DNA of 64,000 bases from Alphaproteobacteria bacterium (GCA_965261735.1 OZ253470.1:3968001-4032000), one strand, 5' to 3'. Positions 46,968 through 60,474 are shown, counted from the first letter of the stretch. Translations and numbers: made by a program. Notes: generated from the sequence alone by a model not told the origin.

Positions 46968-47840
46968 TCAGGCGGCCGCGCGGATGCGCGCCATGAGGTC
47001 GAGGGTGCGCTGGGCCTTCTCGACGATGGGATAATCGACGAAGCCGCCGTCGACCTGGATCGAGGCCGAGCCCGCGGCTTCCGCCTCACGGAAGGCGGCG
47101 ATGATCCTTTCCGCCCGCGCGACCTCATCATCGGTCGGCGTGAACACCTCGTTGGTGAGGGCCACCTGGTCGGGATGGATGCAGCACTTGCCCTGAAAGC
47201 CCAACTCCAGAGCCGCGCGCGTCGAGCCCTCCAGGTGCTCGCGGTCGCGTAGGTTGATGAACACGCTATCGAGCGGCGCCTCGATACCGGCGACCCGCGA
47301 AGCCAGTACGATACGGGCGCGGGCATCGAGAAGCTCACGCTCCTCGCCGGTCCACACGAGGTTCATGTCGCGGGTATAGTCGCCGGCGCCGAAGGCGACC
47401 CGCTTCACCCGTGTGCCTGCGGCGGCGATGGCGTCGATGTGGTACACGCCCTTGCCGGTCTCGATGATCGGAATGAGGTCGATCGCGCCAAGTGTCAGCC
47501 CGCGCTCGCGCTCGATCTCGGTTATGACCCAGTCGATGGTCTGAAGCTCGTTGGGCAATTCGATCATGGGAAAGACGATGCCGTCGAGCCCATCGCCGAT
47601 CACCGCGCGCAAGTCGCCGTAGCAGAATTCGGTGTTGATGCTGTTGACGCGAACGTAGCCCTGACAGGTGCGGGGCTTCTTGAGCGCGTCGACGACGGTC
47701 GCGCGCGTCGCCACCTTCTCGCTCACCGCGACCGCATCCTCGAGATCGAGAATGACGGCGTCGGCGCCAATGGTGAAGACCTTCTCCACCTTGCGCGCAT
47801 GGTTGCCTGGGGCGAACAGCATCGAGCGGAGGGGGGCCAT
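46968..47840 (-). CDS. CitE / malyl-CoA lyase-like CoA ester lyase
   Basis: RSMLFAPG, DLEDAV, VRVN, IET, FGAGDY, GF.GK.CIHP.Q, VDYP. Confidence 0.9.
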   Translation of the reverse strand: MAPLRSMLFAPGNHARKVEKVFTIGADAVILDLEDAVAVSEKVATRATVVDALKKPRTCQGYVRVNSINTEFCYGDLRAVIGDGLDGIVFPMIELPNELQTIDWVITEIERERGLTLGAIDLIPIIETGKGVYHIDAIAAAGTRVKRVAFGAGDYTRDMNLVWTGEERELLDARARIVLASRVAGIEAPLDSVFINLRDREHLEGSTRAALELGFQGKCCIHPDQVALTNEVFTPTDDEVARAERIIAAFREAEAAGSASIQVDGGFVDYPIVEKAQRTLDLMARIRAAA

Positions 47841-47976
47841 GGGAATCACCTCGGTGCGTGGCGCAGGGCCGCACTCAAACACAGGGGGCCGGGGCCGATC
47901 AAGCGCTTCTTGCCTGGGCGCGCGCGGCGCAAACAGCTACGCTGCCGCAGCGCTTGGAGAGGCTCGAGGTCAAGTA

Positions 47977-48867
47977 ATGGGCGATACGGACGAGCTGTTC
48001 GCGGGCTTCCGCCGAACGCGCATCGATGTGGGATCGGCGACCATCAACGTGGCCCGCGCCGGAACTGGATCCCCGCTTCTTCTGCTCCACGGATATCCCC
48101 AAACCCACGCCATGTGGCACAAGGTGGCGCCGGTGCTCGCTCAGGATTTCACGGTCGTGGTCGCCGACATGCGCGGCTATGGCGACAGCTCCAAGCCGCC
48201 GGCGGGCGAGGACCACGGCGGCTATTCCAAGCGCGCGATGGCGGCCGATCAGGTCGCGGTCATGCGTGAGCTCGGCTTCGAGCGCTTCGGGCTCGTCGGC
48301 CATGACCGCGGCGCCCGCGTCGCCCACCGGCTCGCGCTCGACCACCCGGAGCAGGTGAGCCACCTCGCGCTGCTCGACATCATCCCGACCTATACGGCGT
48401 TCCTGCACACCAACAAGGACACGGCGCGGGCGCAATACCATTGGTTCTTCCTGAGCCAGCCCCACGACCTGCCGGAGCGCCTGATCGGGTCCGATCCTGG
48501 CTTTTTCCTGCGCTGGTGCTTGAAGAGCTGGGGCGGCGGGCTCGACTACTTCGCGCCGGCCGCGCTCGCCGAGTACGAACGCTGCTTCGCCGATCCGGCC
48601 ACGATCCACGCCACCTGCGAGGATTACCGCGCCGGCGGCACCATCGACCTCGAGCACGACGAGGCGACGCTGGACCAGAAGATCTCATGTCCGGTGCGCG
48701 TGCTGTGGGGCGGCCGGCGCGCCCGGGGCCGCGCCTTCGAGATGCAGCACATCTGGGGCGAGCGCGCCCGCGAGGTCAGCGTGAGCGAGGTCGATTGTTG
48801 GCACTTCCTGGCCGAGGAGCGCCCCGATGAGGTCGTGCGCGAAATCCTCGTGTTCGCGGCCACATGA
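47977..48867 (+). CDS. Fluoroacetate/haloacetate dehalogenase-like alpha/beta hydrolase
   Basis: LLHGYPQT, YSKRAMA.D, GHDRGAR, YHWFF, CEDYRA, HFLAEE. Confidence 0.88.
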   Translation: MGDTDELFAGFRRTRIDVGSATINVARAGTGSPLLLLHGYPQTHAMWHKVAPVLAQDFTVVVADMRGYGDSSKPPAGEDHGGYSKRAMAADQVAVMRELGFERFGLVGHDRGARVAHRLALDHPEQVSHLALLDIIPTYTAFLHTNKDTARAQYHWFFLSQPHDLPERLIGSDPGFFLRWCLKSWGGGLDYFAPAALAEYERCFADPATIHATCEDYRAGGTIDLEHDEATLDQKISCPVRVLWGGRRARGRAFEMQHIWGERAREVSVSEVDCWHFLAEERPDEVVREILVFAAT

Positions 48868-48889
48868 CCTTGCGTCGGAGGGTTCGCCG

Positions 48890-49684
48890 GTGAAAACTCA
48901 AACGATCGGTGGCGTCACGGTCTCGCGGGTGGTCGAGATGGAGGGCCCGGATTTCGACCCGGCGTTCATCCTCCCGGACTCGAGCGCCGAGGTCTTCGAC
49001 GCCCACCGCGACTGGCTCGCGCCCCATTTCTATGACTACGGCGCGGGCAAGCTGATCCTCAGCTTCCATAGCTACGTGGTGCGCACGCGCCGCCATACGA
49101 TCCTCGTCGACACCTGCGCCGGCAACGACAAGAACCGCCCGACGAGGCCTTTCTATCATCAGCGCCAGGGGCCGTTCCTCGATGACCTCAGGGCCGCGGG
49201 CGTTGCCCCGGAGGCGGTGGACTACGTTTTCTGCACGCATCTTCACAGTGATCATGTCGGCTGGAACACGAGACTCGAGAACGGCCGCTGGGTCCCGACC
49301 TTTCCCAACGCTACCTACGTCTTCGGGCGCACCGAGTTCGTTTCCTTTGGCGACCTCGCCGACGACGGCAACCATGCGGCCGCCTATCAGGACAGCGTGC
49401 TGCCCATCGTCGAAGCGGGTCGTGCGGCCCTGGTGGAGACGGATTTCGCGCTCGACGACGAGGTCTGGCTCGAACCCTCGCCGGGCCATACCCCGGGCCA
49501 CTACTGCGTGCGCCTGGCCTCGCACGGGTCGCAAGGGATCCTCTCCGGAGACGTCATGCATCACTCCTTCCTCGAGCGCTACGCCGACACAGACGTGACC
49601 GTCTTTCCCGCCCATTTCGCGGCGCCCACGGCCGGGCGGATCAAAGGTGCGGCCGGCACCTGCACCTACGCGGTCCTCGACTGA
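48890..49684 (+). CDS. MBL-fold metallo-hydrolase (probable internal deletion)
   Basis: THLHSDHVGWNT, PGHTPGH, GDVMH, PAHF. Confidence 0.85.
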   Translation: MKTQTIGGVTVSRVVEMEGPDFDPAFILPDSSAEVFDAHRDWLAPHFYDYGAGKLILSFHSYVVRTRRHTILVDTCAGNDKNRPTRPFYHQRQGPFLDDLRAAGVAPEAVDYVFCTHLHSDHVGWNTRLENGRWVPTFPNATYVFGRTEFVSFGDLADDGNHAAAYQDSVLPIVEAGRAALVETDFALDDEVWLEPSPGHTPGHYCVRLASHGSQGILSGDVMHHSFLERYADTDVTVFPAHFAAPTAGRIKGAAGTCTYAVLD

Positions 49685-50949
49685 CCCGGCGGGATTTGGC
49701 CGCGCCGCTCCGCGCTCGGCCGTACGTCCTCGGCGCGCCGGTACCAGACGAGCGAAGCCAGCACGAGGACGGCGAGGAACGCGAACATCCAGCGATAGCC
49801 GGCCGCCGCGACTACGCCGTCCACCGTGAAGGCACCGACGATGAAGCCGCTCGCCACCTGCACCACGGCGATGCCGCCCATGATGGTCAGGCTGAGAACC
49901 GCGATGCCACGGCCGAGCAGGTGGTCGGGGAAGATCGCGCGGCCGTGGGCGAAGGCGATAATGGTGTAGGCATTGAGCGGCGCGAGCAGCGCGAACAGCA
50001 AGGTCACCGCCCACAGCGGTGGCGCGGGCCAGGCCGCCAGCACCGCGAGCACGACGATGGTGGCCGCCGCCCCCCAGGCGACCACGCCACGGCGCGTGTC
50101 GACGTAACGCTCGAGAGGTCCGATCGCGAACAGCGCCGCCACCAAGGCTAGAGTCATGATGAGCTGGACGTTGGCCCGCGGCACGGGGCCGAGGCCGTGA
50201 ACGTCGTGCAGGTAGGGCCCGGCCCACAGGCCCATCACCGCGATCAGGCTGGCGTAGCCGACGAAATTGATCGCCAGCAAAGGGGGCAGGCGCGGATTGA
50301 GCACGACCTGGACGAGGCCGGCGAGCACGGCGGTCCCGCTCTCCGGCACGCGGGGCCCTGTCTCGCGCCCGGGCGGCGTATCGCGAACCACCACCAGGAC
50401 GACGATCGCGACGGCGGCGGTGATGAAGGCCACGGCAACGAACGCGGAGCGCCAGCCGAAGGCCTCGGCGGTGGCCGCCAACGGCGTGGTCGCGAGCAGG
50501 TTGCCGAGATTGCCGAGCGCGGTCAGCACGCCGGTGAGGGTGCCGAATTGATCGGGCGCGAACCAGCGCGCGCAGACGACCATTGCGCCCATCGCGCCGG
50601 CGCAGCCGACACCGGTAAGCAGGCGGGCCACGGTCAGCCCCGACATCGAAGTCGCGATCGAAAACAGGAGCGAGCCGATGACCGCGAAGGTGAACATCGC
50701 GGGAATGGTGATCCGCGCCCCGATCCGATCGAGCAGCATGCCGACCGGAATCTGGGCCAGCGCGAACGAGAGGAAGAACGCGCCGGTGAGGCCGCCCACG
50801 GCCTGTGGCGACAGCGCGAGCTCGCGCATCATGTCGGGCGCGATGACCGATATAGCGACGCGGTAGAACTGGACGACGACGTAGACCGCCCCGAGCGCCG
50901 CCAGGATCAGCGCCGTGCTACGCCATCGCGATACGGCGAGGTCGCTCAT
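49666..50949 (-). CDS. MFS transporter
   Basis: QIPVGMLLDRIGAR motif A; about 12 hydrophobic segments. Confidence 0.9.
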   Translation of the reverse strand: MSDLAVSRWRSTALILAALGAVYVVVQFYRVAISVIAPDMMRELALSPQAVGGLTGAFFLSFALAQIPVGMLLDRIGARITIPAMFTFAVIGSLLFSIATSMSGLTVARLLTGVGCAGAMGAMVVCARWFAPDQFGTLTGVLTALGNLGNLLATTPLAATAEAFGWRSAFVAVAFITAAVAIVVLVVVRDTPPGRETGPRVPESGTAVLAGLVQVVLNPRLPPLLAINFVGYASLIAVMGLWAGPYLHDVHGLGPVPRANVQLIMTLALVAALFAIGPLERYVDTRRGVVAWGAAATIVVLAVLAAWPAPPLWAVTLLFALLAPLNAYTIIAFAHGRAIFPDHLLGRGIAVLSLTIMGGIAVVQVASGFIVGAFTVDGVVAAAGYRWMFAFLAVLVLASLVWYRRAEDVRPSAERRGQIPPGQSRTA

Positions 50950-50966
50950 CGGGGATCGAGCGCGGC

Positions 50967-51761
50967 TTAGTCCTGGGGCCCGCTCTTGTAGCTCTGCATC
51001 TCATCGAGGCTGAACACTAGGCCGGCGCCGCCGAAGCCGCCATCGACGTTGAACACGGCGCCGGTCACGAACCCGCATTCGTCGGACGCAAGGTAGGTGG
51101 CCGCCGCCGCCACGTCCTCGGGCGTGCCATAGTGGCCCATCGGAATGCGGTCGAGATAGGCTTGCGTCTGTTCGGGGCCGTGGTTGGTGATGTCGGTGCG
51201 GATGGGCCCCGGCGCTATCACGTTGACGGCGATCCCCTTGGGCGCCAATTCGACCGCCATCACCTTGCTTAGGAGCATGAGTCCGGCCTTGGAGGTGCCG
51301 TACGCCGAGCGACCGGTGCCGCCCCGCTGGCCGGAGATCGAGCCGATATTGATGATGCGCCCGCCGCCCTGCTCGATCATGCGCCGCGCCGCCGCCTGCG
51401 CCGTGAGGAAGGTGCCGGTGAGGTTGACCCGCAGCACCCGCTCCCAATCGGCGAGGGTGGTGTCCACGAACATGCGGTGGAAGGCGACGCCGGCGTTGTT
51501 GACCAGGATATCGATGCGCCCGAAGGCTTCGGCACACGCGGCGACCATGCCCTCGCAGTCATCGGGGGCGCTCACGTCGCCGACGAAGAAGTGCGCGCGG
51601 CCTCCTGCCTCGCTGATGGCCCGCGTCGTGCCCTCGGCGGTCTCGCCGTTCTTGTCGACCAGCATCACGGCGGCGCCCTCGCGAGCGAACTGGGTGGCGA
51701 TGGAGCCGCCGATGCCGCGGCCCGAACCTGTCACGAGCGCAACCTTGTCCTTGAGCCTCAT
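50967..51761 (-). CDS. Short-chain dehydrogenase/reductase
   Basis: TGSGRGIG, NNAG, YGTSK, IAPG. Confidence 0.92.
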   Translation of the reverse strand: MRLKDKVALVTGSGRGIGGSIATQFAREGAAVMLVDKNGETAEGTTRAISEAGGRAHFFVGDVSAPDDCEGMVAACAEAFGRIDILVNNAGVAFHRMFVDTTLADWERVLRVNLTGTFLTAQAAARRMIEQGGGRIINIGSISGQRGGTGRSAYGTSKAGLMLLSKVMAVELAPKGIAVNVIAPGPIRTDITNHGPEQTQAYLDRIPMGHYGTPEDVAAAATYLASDECGFVTGAVFNVDGGFGGAGLVFSLDEMQSYKSGPQD

Positions 51762-51798
51762 GGGTGCCTCCTCGCTCTCCGGTCCTCGTGCGCTCGGG

Positions 51799-52599
51799 CT
51801 AACTACCGACCCGGAGCGGCGCCACCAGCCCGCGCAGCGCCGCGATCACGCTCAACGCCGTGATTCTGCCGGTGCCGGGGTTCTCGGGCGTCGGTACGTT
51901 CTCGATCGTCATCGTGAGGCGCGCGCTGTCGGCTTCCAAGGTGATCGAGTGGGTGTTGCGGGTGATCGTGGGGTCGGCCCAGATCTCGAGCCGCGTCGCC
52001 TCGGCGCCGATGCCGGCGAGCCCGAGCGCCGCGGCGACGTTCACGTTAGCCGGGAAGCCCCGGGCGCCATCCGCCGCGTTGCCTTCGAACACCCTAAGCG
52101 GCGCCTCGAGCTTGTCGATGCGGATGTCGTGGGCCTCGAGATAGGGTGCACCGGCCAGCGAGGCCGGAGGCTTGCGGGTGATCATCGTCACCGTGTCGAT
52201 GCGGCCTTCGGCCGCGGCACGCACGGCGTCGAGCCCGAGCAGCGCCCCGGTGGCGAGGATGATACGGCCGCCGTGGCGCTTGGCGAGGTCGACGATCTCT
52301 GGGTGTGCCAGTAGCCCGGCGCCGCTCACGGTGATCAGCAGCCGCCCGGCCTCGAGTGCCGGCCGGGCGATATCGACAAAGGCCGCCTTCGGGACGCACT
52401 CGACCACGACCTCGGCGCGCTGGGCGAGCTCGGCCGGCGAGACCACCGCCACCGACGATCGCAAGCCCGCGAGGTTGCGCTCGGCGTTGGCCCGGTCGCG
52501 GGAGCACACGGCGGCCAGCGCAAGCCCATCGATGCCTCCATCGAGGGCCCGCACCACCACCATACCGATGGTGCCCAAGCCGGCGACGCCCACCTTCAC
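51799..52599 (-). CDS. nadX: L-aspartate dehydrogenase family protein
   Basis: GLGTIG, GALLGLD, RKPP, FPANVNVAA, NP.TG..TALS. Confidence 0.85.
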   Translation of the reverse strand: MKVGVAGLGTIGMVVVRALDGGIDGLALAAVCSRDRANAERNLAGLRSSVAVVSPAELAQRAEVVVECVPKAAFVDIARPALEAGRLLITVSGAGLLAHPEIVDLAKRHGGRIILATGALLGLDAVRAAAEGRIDTVTMITRKPPASLAGAPYLEAHDIRIDKLEAPLRVFEGNAADGARGFPANVNVAAALGLAGIGAEATRLEIWADPTITRNTHSITLEADSARLTMTIENVPTPENPGTGRITALSVIAALRGLVAPLRVGS

Positions 52600-52706
52600 C
52601 AGTTCCCCTCCGCGTGCGGCGGCCCGGAACACGGGCGCGCCGTTGAATGTGCTAGCTTAGCCCGCGCTGCCGCGGCGGTGGCAAGGTATCTGGCGGGAAG
52701 GCGGAC

Positions 52707-53636
52707 ATGGCTCTCCTGTTCGCGGTGACGGACCGTGATCCGGCCCCGTGGGTGAGCGCGCTCGAGCGCGCCTTGCCCGATCTCGAGATCCGTGTCTGGC
52801 CGGATGTCGGGGCGCCCGAGGAGATCGAGTTCGCGATCGTGTGGGCGTTACCGCTGCGCGAGCTGCGCCGTTTTCCAGGCCTCAAGGTCATCTTTTCACT
52901 CGGCGCCGGCGTCGATGGCCTGCTCGCCGACCCGGACCGCCCGCCCGATGTGCCCCTCGTGCGCATGATCGATCCCGGCTTGCGCGAGGCCATGACCGAG
53001 TTTCTGGTCATGCGCACGCTCCATTACCACCGCCACATGCCGGACTACGAGGCCCAGCAGCGCAAGCGCATCTGGCGGGTGCTGGCTCACGTCGCGCCCG
53101 GCGAGCGCCGCGTCGGCATCATGGGGCTCGGCGTACTCGGCGCCCACGCGGGCTCACGCCTCACCGACCTCGGCTTTGCCGTCGCCGGCTGGACCCGGAC
53201 GGCCAAGGACATCGCGCGAATCGAGAACTTTCACGGCGAGGCCGCGCTCGTTCCCTTCCTCAAGCGTTCCCACATCCTGATCTGCCTGCTGCCGCTGACG
53301 CCCGCGACCGAGAACATTCTCGATGCCGCCGCGTTGGCGGCGCTGCCCGCGGGCGCGTGCATCATCAATTGCGGGCGCGGAGCTCAGATCGTCGATGCCG
53401 ACCTGCTCGCGGCCCTCGATTCGGGCCACCTCGCGGGCGCGACCCTCGATGTGTTCCGGACCGAGCCGCTATCCGCGTCCCATCCGTTCTGGGGCCATCC
53501 CAAGGTCAGCGTCGTCCCCCACATCGCCGCGCTCACCATGCCCGAGACCGCGGCACCCGTCGTCGCCGACAACATCCGCCGCTGGCGCGAAGACAAGCCG
53601 CTGCTGAACGGGGTCGATCCACAAGCTGGGTATTAG
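52707..53636 (+). CDS. ghrA: Glyoxylate/hydroxypyruvate reductase A
   Basis: SLGAGVD, GIMGLG.LG, LLPLTP.T, N.GRG, LDVF..EPL, PHIAA. Confidence 0.88.
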   Translation: MALLFAVTDRDPAPWVSALERALPDLEIRVWPDVGAPEEIEFAIVWALPLRELRRFPGLKVIFSLGAGVDGLLADPDRPPDVPLVRMIDPGLREAMTEFLVMRTLHYHRHMPDYEAQQRKRIWRVLAHVAPGERRVGIMGLGVLGAHAGSRLTDLGFAVAGWTRTAKDIARIENFHGEAALVPFLKRSHILICLLPLTPATENILDAAALAALPAGACIINCGRGAQIVDADLLAALDSGHLAGATLDVFRTEPLSASHPFWGHPKVSVVPHIAALTMPETAAPVVADNIRRWREDKPLLNGVDPQAGY

Positions 53637-53655
53637 GGTGTGTACTCATGAGCTG

Positions 53656-53728
53656 AGGTCTGCTTACGGCCACATTGCAGACCTAAAACCCCCGGCGCGG
53701 AGTGCCGGTCATGACCCAAAGCGGACAT
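53656..53728. repeat. Pair of hairpin repeats
   Basis: AGGTCTGC-N13-GCAGACCT and ...ATGACCCAAAGCGGACAT. Confidence 0.75.
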
Positions 53729-53838
53729 AAGCTCCTTATCAAAGTTGGCCTTCTGCTTGCTATGGTAGGTACTATCACTGTGGAATTACTCGGTGATGCA
53801 TTTGCCGAAGACTAAGTCGCGGCGATAGGGGGTACAAA

Positions 53839-54134
53839 ATGAAACCTGACGTTGGAGATCTTCCATTTGCAGTGGAGTTAAAACTGCAACTATCTCGACT
53901 CTCATTCGGGGAGCATATAAGCTCGGAGATTATCTCGCCGACATCCGATTTTTCCAAATTAGATACCCTAGATGAGCCGGTTTTTTGCCGGAAGGTGTTT
54001 CTTTGGGCGCAATAATTTAGGCAAATACCCTGACGAAAATTTCGGGATAAATTGCCAATGTCATGATTACGAAGAATCAAGAATCTCTGACGGAATATTG
54101 GGAACAGTCTTTAACATTGACAAGGCAGATTCTT
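53839..54134 (+). pseudogene. Degraded AT-rich cargo gene of unknown function, interrupted by IS1595
   Basis: GGGGG RBS + ATG (MKPDVGDLPF...), apparent frameshift at a T run near 53985; further open-frame sequence after the IS. Confidence 0.4.
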
Positions 54135-55241
54135 CCTTGCCTATCCGGTTTACACCCACACCCACTAGGGCTAGAATGGGCGCAACCCGGATATAGGGGA
54201 GCGCGCCATGGATGTTCTCGACCGCGCCGATCTCCCATTCCCGCATTCGCTACCCGAGTTCCAGCGACTTTTCCCCGATGATGCGGCCTGCGCCGCCTAC
54301 CTGGAGAAAGCCCGCTGGGGAGACGGCTTTGCCTGCCCGCACTGCGGCACGGCGGGAGAGCCGTTCCACTTTGAAAACCGCCCTGGCGTCCTGCGCTGCC
54401 GCAAGTGCCGCCAGAACACCGGGCTGACGGTGGGAACAGTGATGGAGCGTAGCCACACTCCGCTGAACGTCTGGTTCTGGGCCGCTTATCTGGTCGCCAG
54501 TTAGACGCCCGGCATGTCCGCCGTGCAGTTTCAGCGGCAACTTGGTCTTTCGCGCTACGAGACGGCCTTTCAAATTCTCCACAAGCTCCGCTCGGGCATG
54601 GTGCGGCCCAACCAAGACAGGATCGGTGGACAGCCCAAGAACCATGTTGAGGTGGACGAAACCTGGGTTGGCGGGCGAACGCGTAGGGAAGGCCGTGGTG
54701 TTCACCACAAGGTTCCCGTCTCCTGTGCCATCGAGGTGCGTCATCGAAAGCCGGGCACCAAGCTCGACAACCGGAAAGACGGACGCTATGCCGGACGCGT
54801 TCGGCTCGCCGTCGTGCTCGACCGTAGCGCCGAGTCGCTCTGTGGGTTCGTCGAGAGCACCGTCGCGCCGGGATCGCTGATCGTTACTGACGATTGGAGC
54901 GGCTACGCTGGCCTCGGTAAGCGCGGCTATGAGCACTTCGCTGTTGCCGAGTGTGGTGATCCAGAGGTTGCCGAGCAATACCTGCCGATCATCCATCTGG
55001 TTTTCGCCAACCTGAAGACGTGGCTGATCGGTATCCACCACGGCGTTAGCCACCAGCACCTACAAGCCTACCTCAACGAGTTCACCTTCCGCTTCAACAG
55101 GCGGTTCTACCCGTTCAACGCCTTCCGCTCATTGCTCGGCATCGCGGGCGACACCTCTGCTCCAACTTATGCCGAGCTTTACTCGGGAGAGTGGCGGCAC
55201 CCTACATGTAGCGGTCATGGGCGTTAACCGGATAGGCAAGG
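54135..55241 (+). mobile_element. IS1595-family insertion sequence
   Basis: TIRs CCTTGCCTATCCGGTTTACACCCA / CCTTGCCTATCCGGTTAACGCCCA (reverse complement); no target duplication evident. Confidence 0.9.
54208..55227 (+). pseudogene. IS1595 transposase with an in-frame TAG at 54502-54504
   Basis: Zn ribbon CPHC/CRKC; VAS*TPGMSA; VEVDET, TDDWSGY, YLNEF.FRFNRR. Confidence 0.9.
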
Positions 55242-55471
55242 CGCCACTAATAAATTTGCCCTCGATATTGGCAAAAAGGAGTTTGGCCAATGGTTGTTTA
55301 GAGTACGTCTTGCCTCCCTAGATTTTCCATCTGCTGAAAATCCAACGGCGTCAAAAATTAGCCGCAACCGCAATCGAACCCGCCGAAGCTGCTACCACCG
55401 TTATCCATCGCCGGCAGCCTCACACCGCGCACCTATCCTTTTGACACTCTCACCGTCCGAGCTTCATCCTA

Positions 55472-55546
55472 ATTTCCGCTTTTGGCTATATCCGGAAGTG
55501 ACGGAAGCTTCGCCGGAGGTCCGCTTTCAGGCACCGAGCGGACATC
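55472..55546. repeat. Pair of hairpin repeats
   Basis: ATTTCCGCTTTTGGCTATATCCGGAAGT and AGGTCCGCTTTCAGGCACCGAGCGGACAT. Confidence 0.75.
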
Positions 55547-55635
55547 GGTGCGGGCATTCAATCATCTAATTACGACCTCATTTGCGAGTACATGACCCAG
55601 CTAGTCTCGGGCGGGGGCCGGGCAAACGCTGAGCG

Positions 55636-56832
55636 CTATAGCTCGACCACCACGTTGTGGGCCTTGAGCTCGTCGAGGACGCGGCTCACCTGCCGCGGGT
55701 TGGCCTCGGGGAAGGCCGCGCGAATCTCGCTGGCGGGAAACTGGTCGCGCTTGAGGATCCAGTCGACCAGCAGGTGGTCCGCGTCGGCCAGTGTTGTCTT
55801 CCACGTCCCGGCTCGCAATATCCACTCCTGGCCGCGGCGCACCAGCTTGAGCCCCTGCGCGGCGACGCGGTAGCGCGTCAGGGCCTCGGTTTCGGTAAAG
55901 CCGTAGTCCGCCCGCGGGGTTTGGAACTGCTGCAGCACCGCCTGGGCGAGCGGCAGTCCCCCGCCCTTCAGGGCGAGTCCCTTGAAGCGCTCCGCGAGCT
56001 TCTCGACGTGCGCTTTGAGCGCATCCTCTCCCTCGGGCCCCGCCGGCAGCGGCAGGCTCTCGCGGAACGCGGAATCGAGGAGCGCCCGCTCCCACATCGC
56101 CGACAGCCACTCGAGCCCGGTCGCGTCGGTCGAGCCGAAGGCGATGTGCATGGTGGCCTCGGTTTGTGCGAGGGCGTCGTGGAACTGGCCGCGCGGCAGA
56201 TACAAGAGGTCGCCCGGACGCATCCTGACCTCCTTCTCGATGGCCCCCTTCCGCCGGTCGTACTGCTCCTGCGGCATTTTCTGGAAGGAGTCATGCTCGA
56301 TCGGGTTGTCGTCGCGACCCTCGTAGACGCGCCACACCTTCTCGCCGCTCAGGTGCACGGCGTAGACGTCGTGGCAGTCGCGATGCGAATCGAAGGCCTG
56401 GTTCTCGGCCCACGAGCCGTACAGGTTGGCTTGGCATTTCGAACCCACCGCCGTCTCGATGGCGCGCGCGATGCCCGCGACACCTGGGTCGAGGGTCTCC
56501 GTGGCGTTGAGAATGAGCGATGCCCCGCGGCGAATGATTTCGGTGAGCTTGCGCGAGTCGGGCTGGAGCACCTGCTGCCAATTCCGATCCACCGCCTTGC
56601 GGCTGTAGACCTGCGGCGCCACCCGTTTGCGGTCGACGAAGAGCTGCAACGTGTGGCTGCTCCAGACCTCCATCTCGAGAAGGCGATTGAGTCGCTCCCA
56701 CGAAAAGACCGAGGCGAATTTCGCCGGATCGCCAGGAACGTGGAGCCACTTCTTGCGGTGATAACGGGCGAAGAACTCCTCGGGCGGAACCGGGCTGAGG
56801 AGTTCGGCGAAGCTGGAGATGCGCTCTACCAT
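55636..56832 (-). CDS. JmjC / cupin_4 (YcfD/RoxA-like) 2OG-Fe(II) oxygenase
   Basis: LL.P...EEFF..Y, ANLY, FDSHRD.HDV...GEK.W, PGDLLYLPRG..HDA. Confidence 0.88.
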   Translation of the reverse strand: MVERISSFAELLSPVPPEEFFARYHRKKWLHVPGDPAKFASVFSWERLNRLLEMEVWSSHTLQLFVDRKRVAPQVYSRKAVDRNWQQVLQPDSRKLTEIIRRGASLILNATETLDPGVAGIARAIETAVGSKCQANLYGSWAENQAFDSHRDCHDVYAVHLSGEKVWRVYEGRDDNPIEHDSFQKMPQEQYDRRKGAIEKEVRMRPGDLLYLPRGQFHDALAQTEATMHIAFGSTDATGLEWLSAMWERALLDSAFRESLPLPAGPEGEDALKAHVEKLAERFKGLALKGGGLPLAQAVLQQFQTPRADYGFTETEALTRYRVAAQGLKLVRRGQEWILRAGTWKTTLADADHLLVDWILKRDQFPASEIRAAFPEANPRQVSRVLDELKAHNVVVEL

Positions 56833-56883
56833 CGCTCAGTCACGGGGCTCTCGGCCACCTCAGCATCGCTCGGTCTCCGCCAA

Positions 56884-60474
<3,591 letters not shown>

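Larger units (their letters stand above)
53634..55604. mobile_element. Putative non-autonomous cassette island 2 (same end and hairpin family as island 1)
   Basis: Left end TAGGGTGTGTACTCATG at the ghrA stop; right end GAGTACATGACCCAGCTAG; hairpins at 53656-53728 and 55472-55546; AT-rich cargo. Confidence 0.6.

Noticed and set aside
54502-54504. Programmed amber readthrough or pyrrolysine recoding (also at 38156)
   Set aside because: Both are single-transition nonsense changes in dispensable genes; TAG is a normal stop throughout the window and there are no pyl genes
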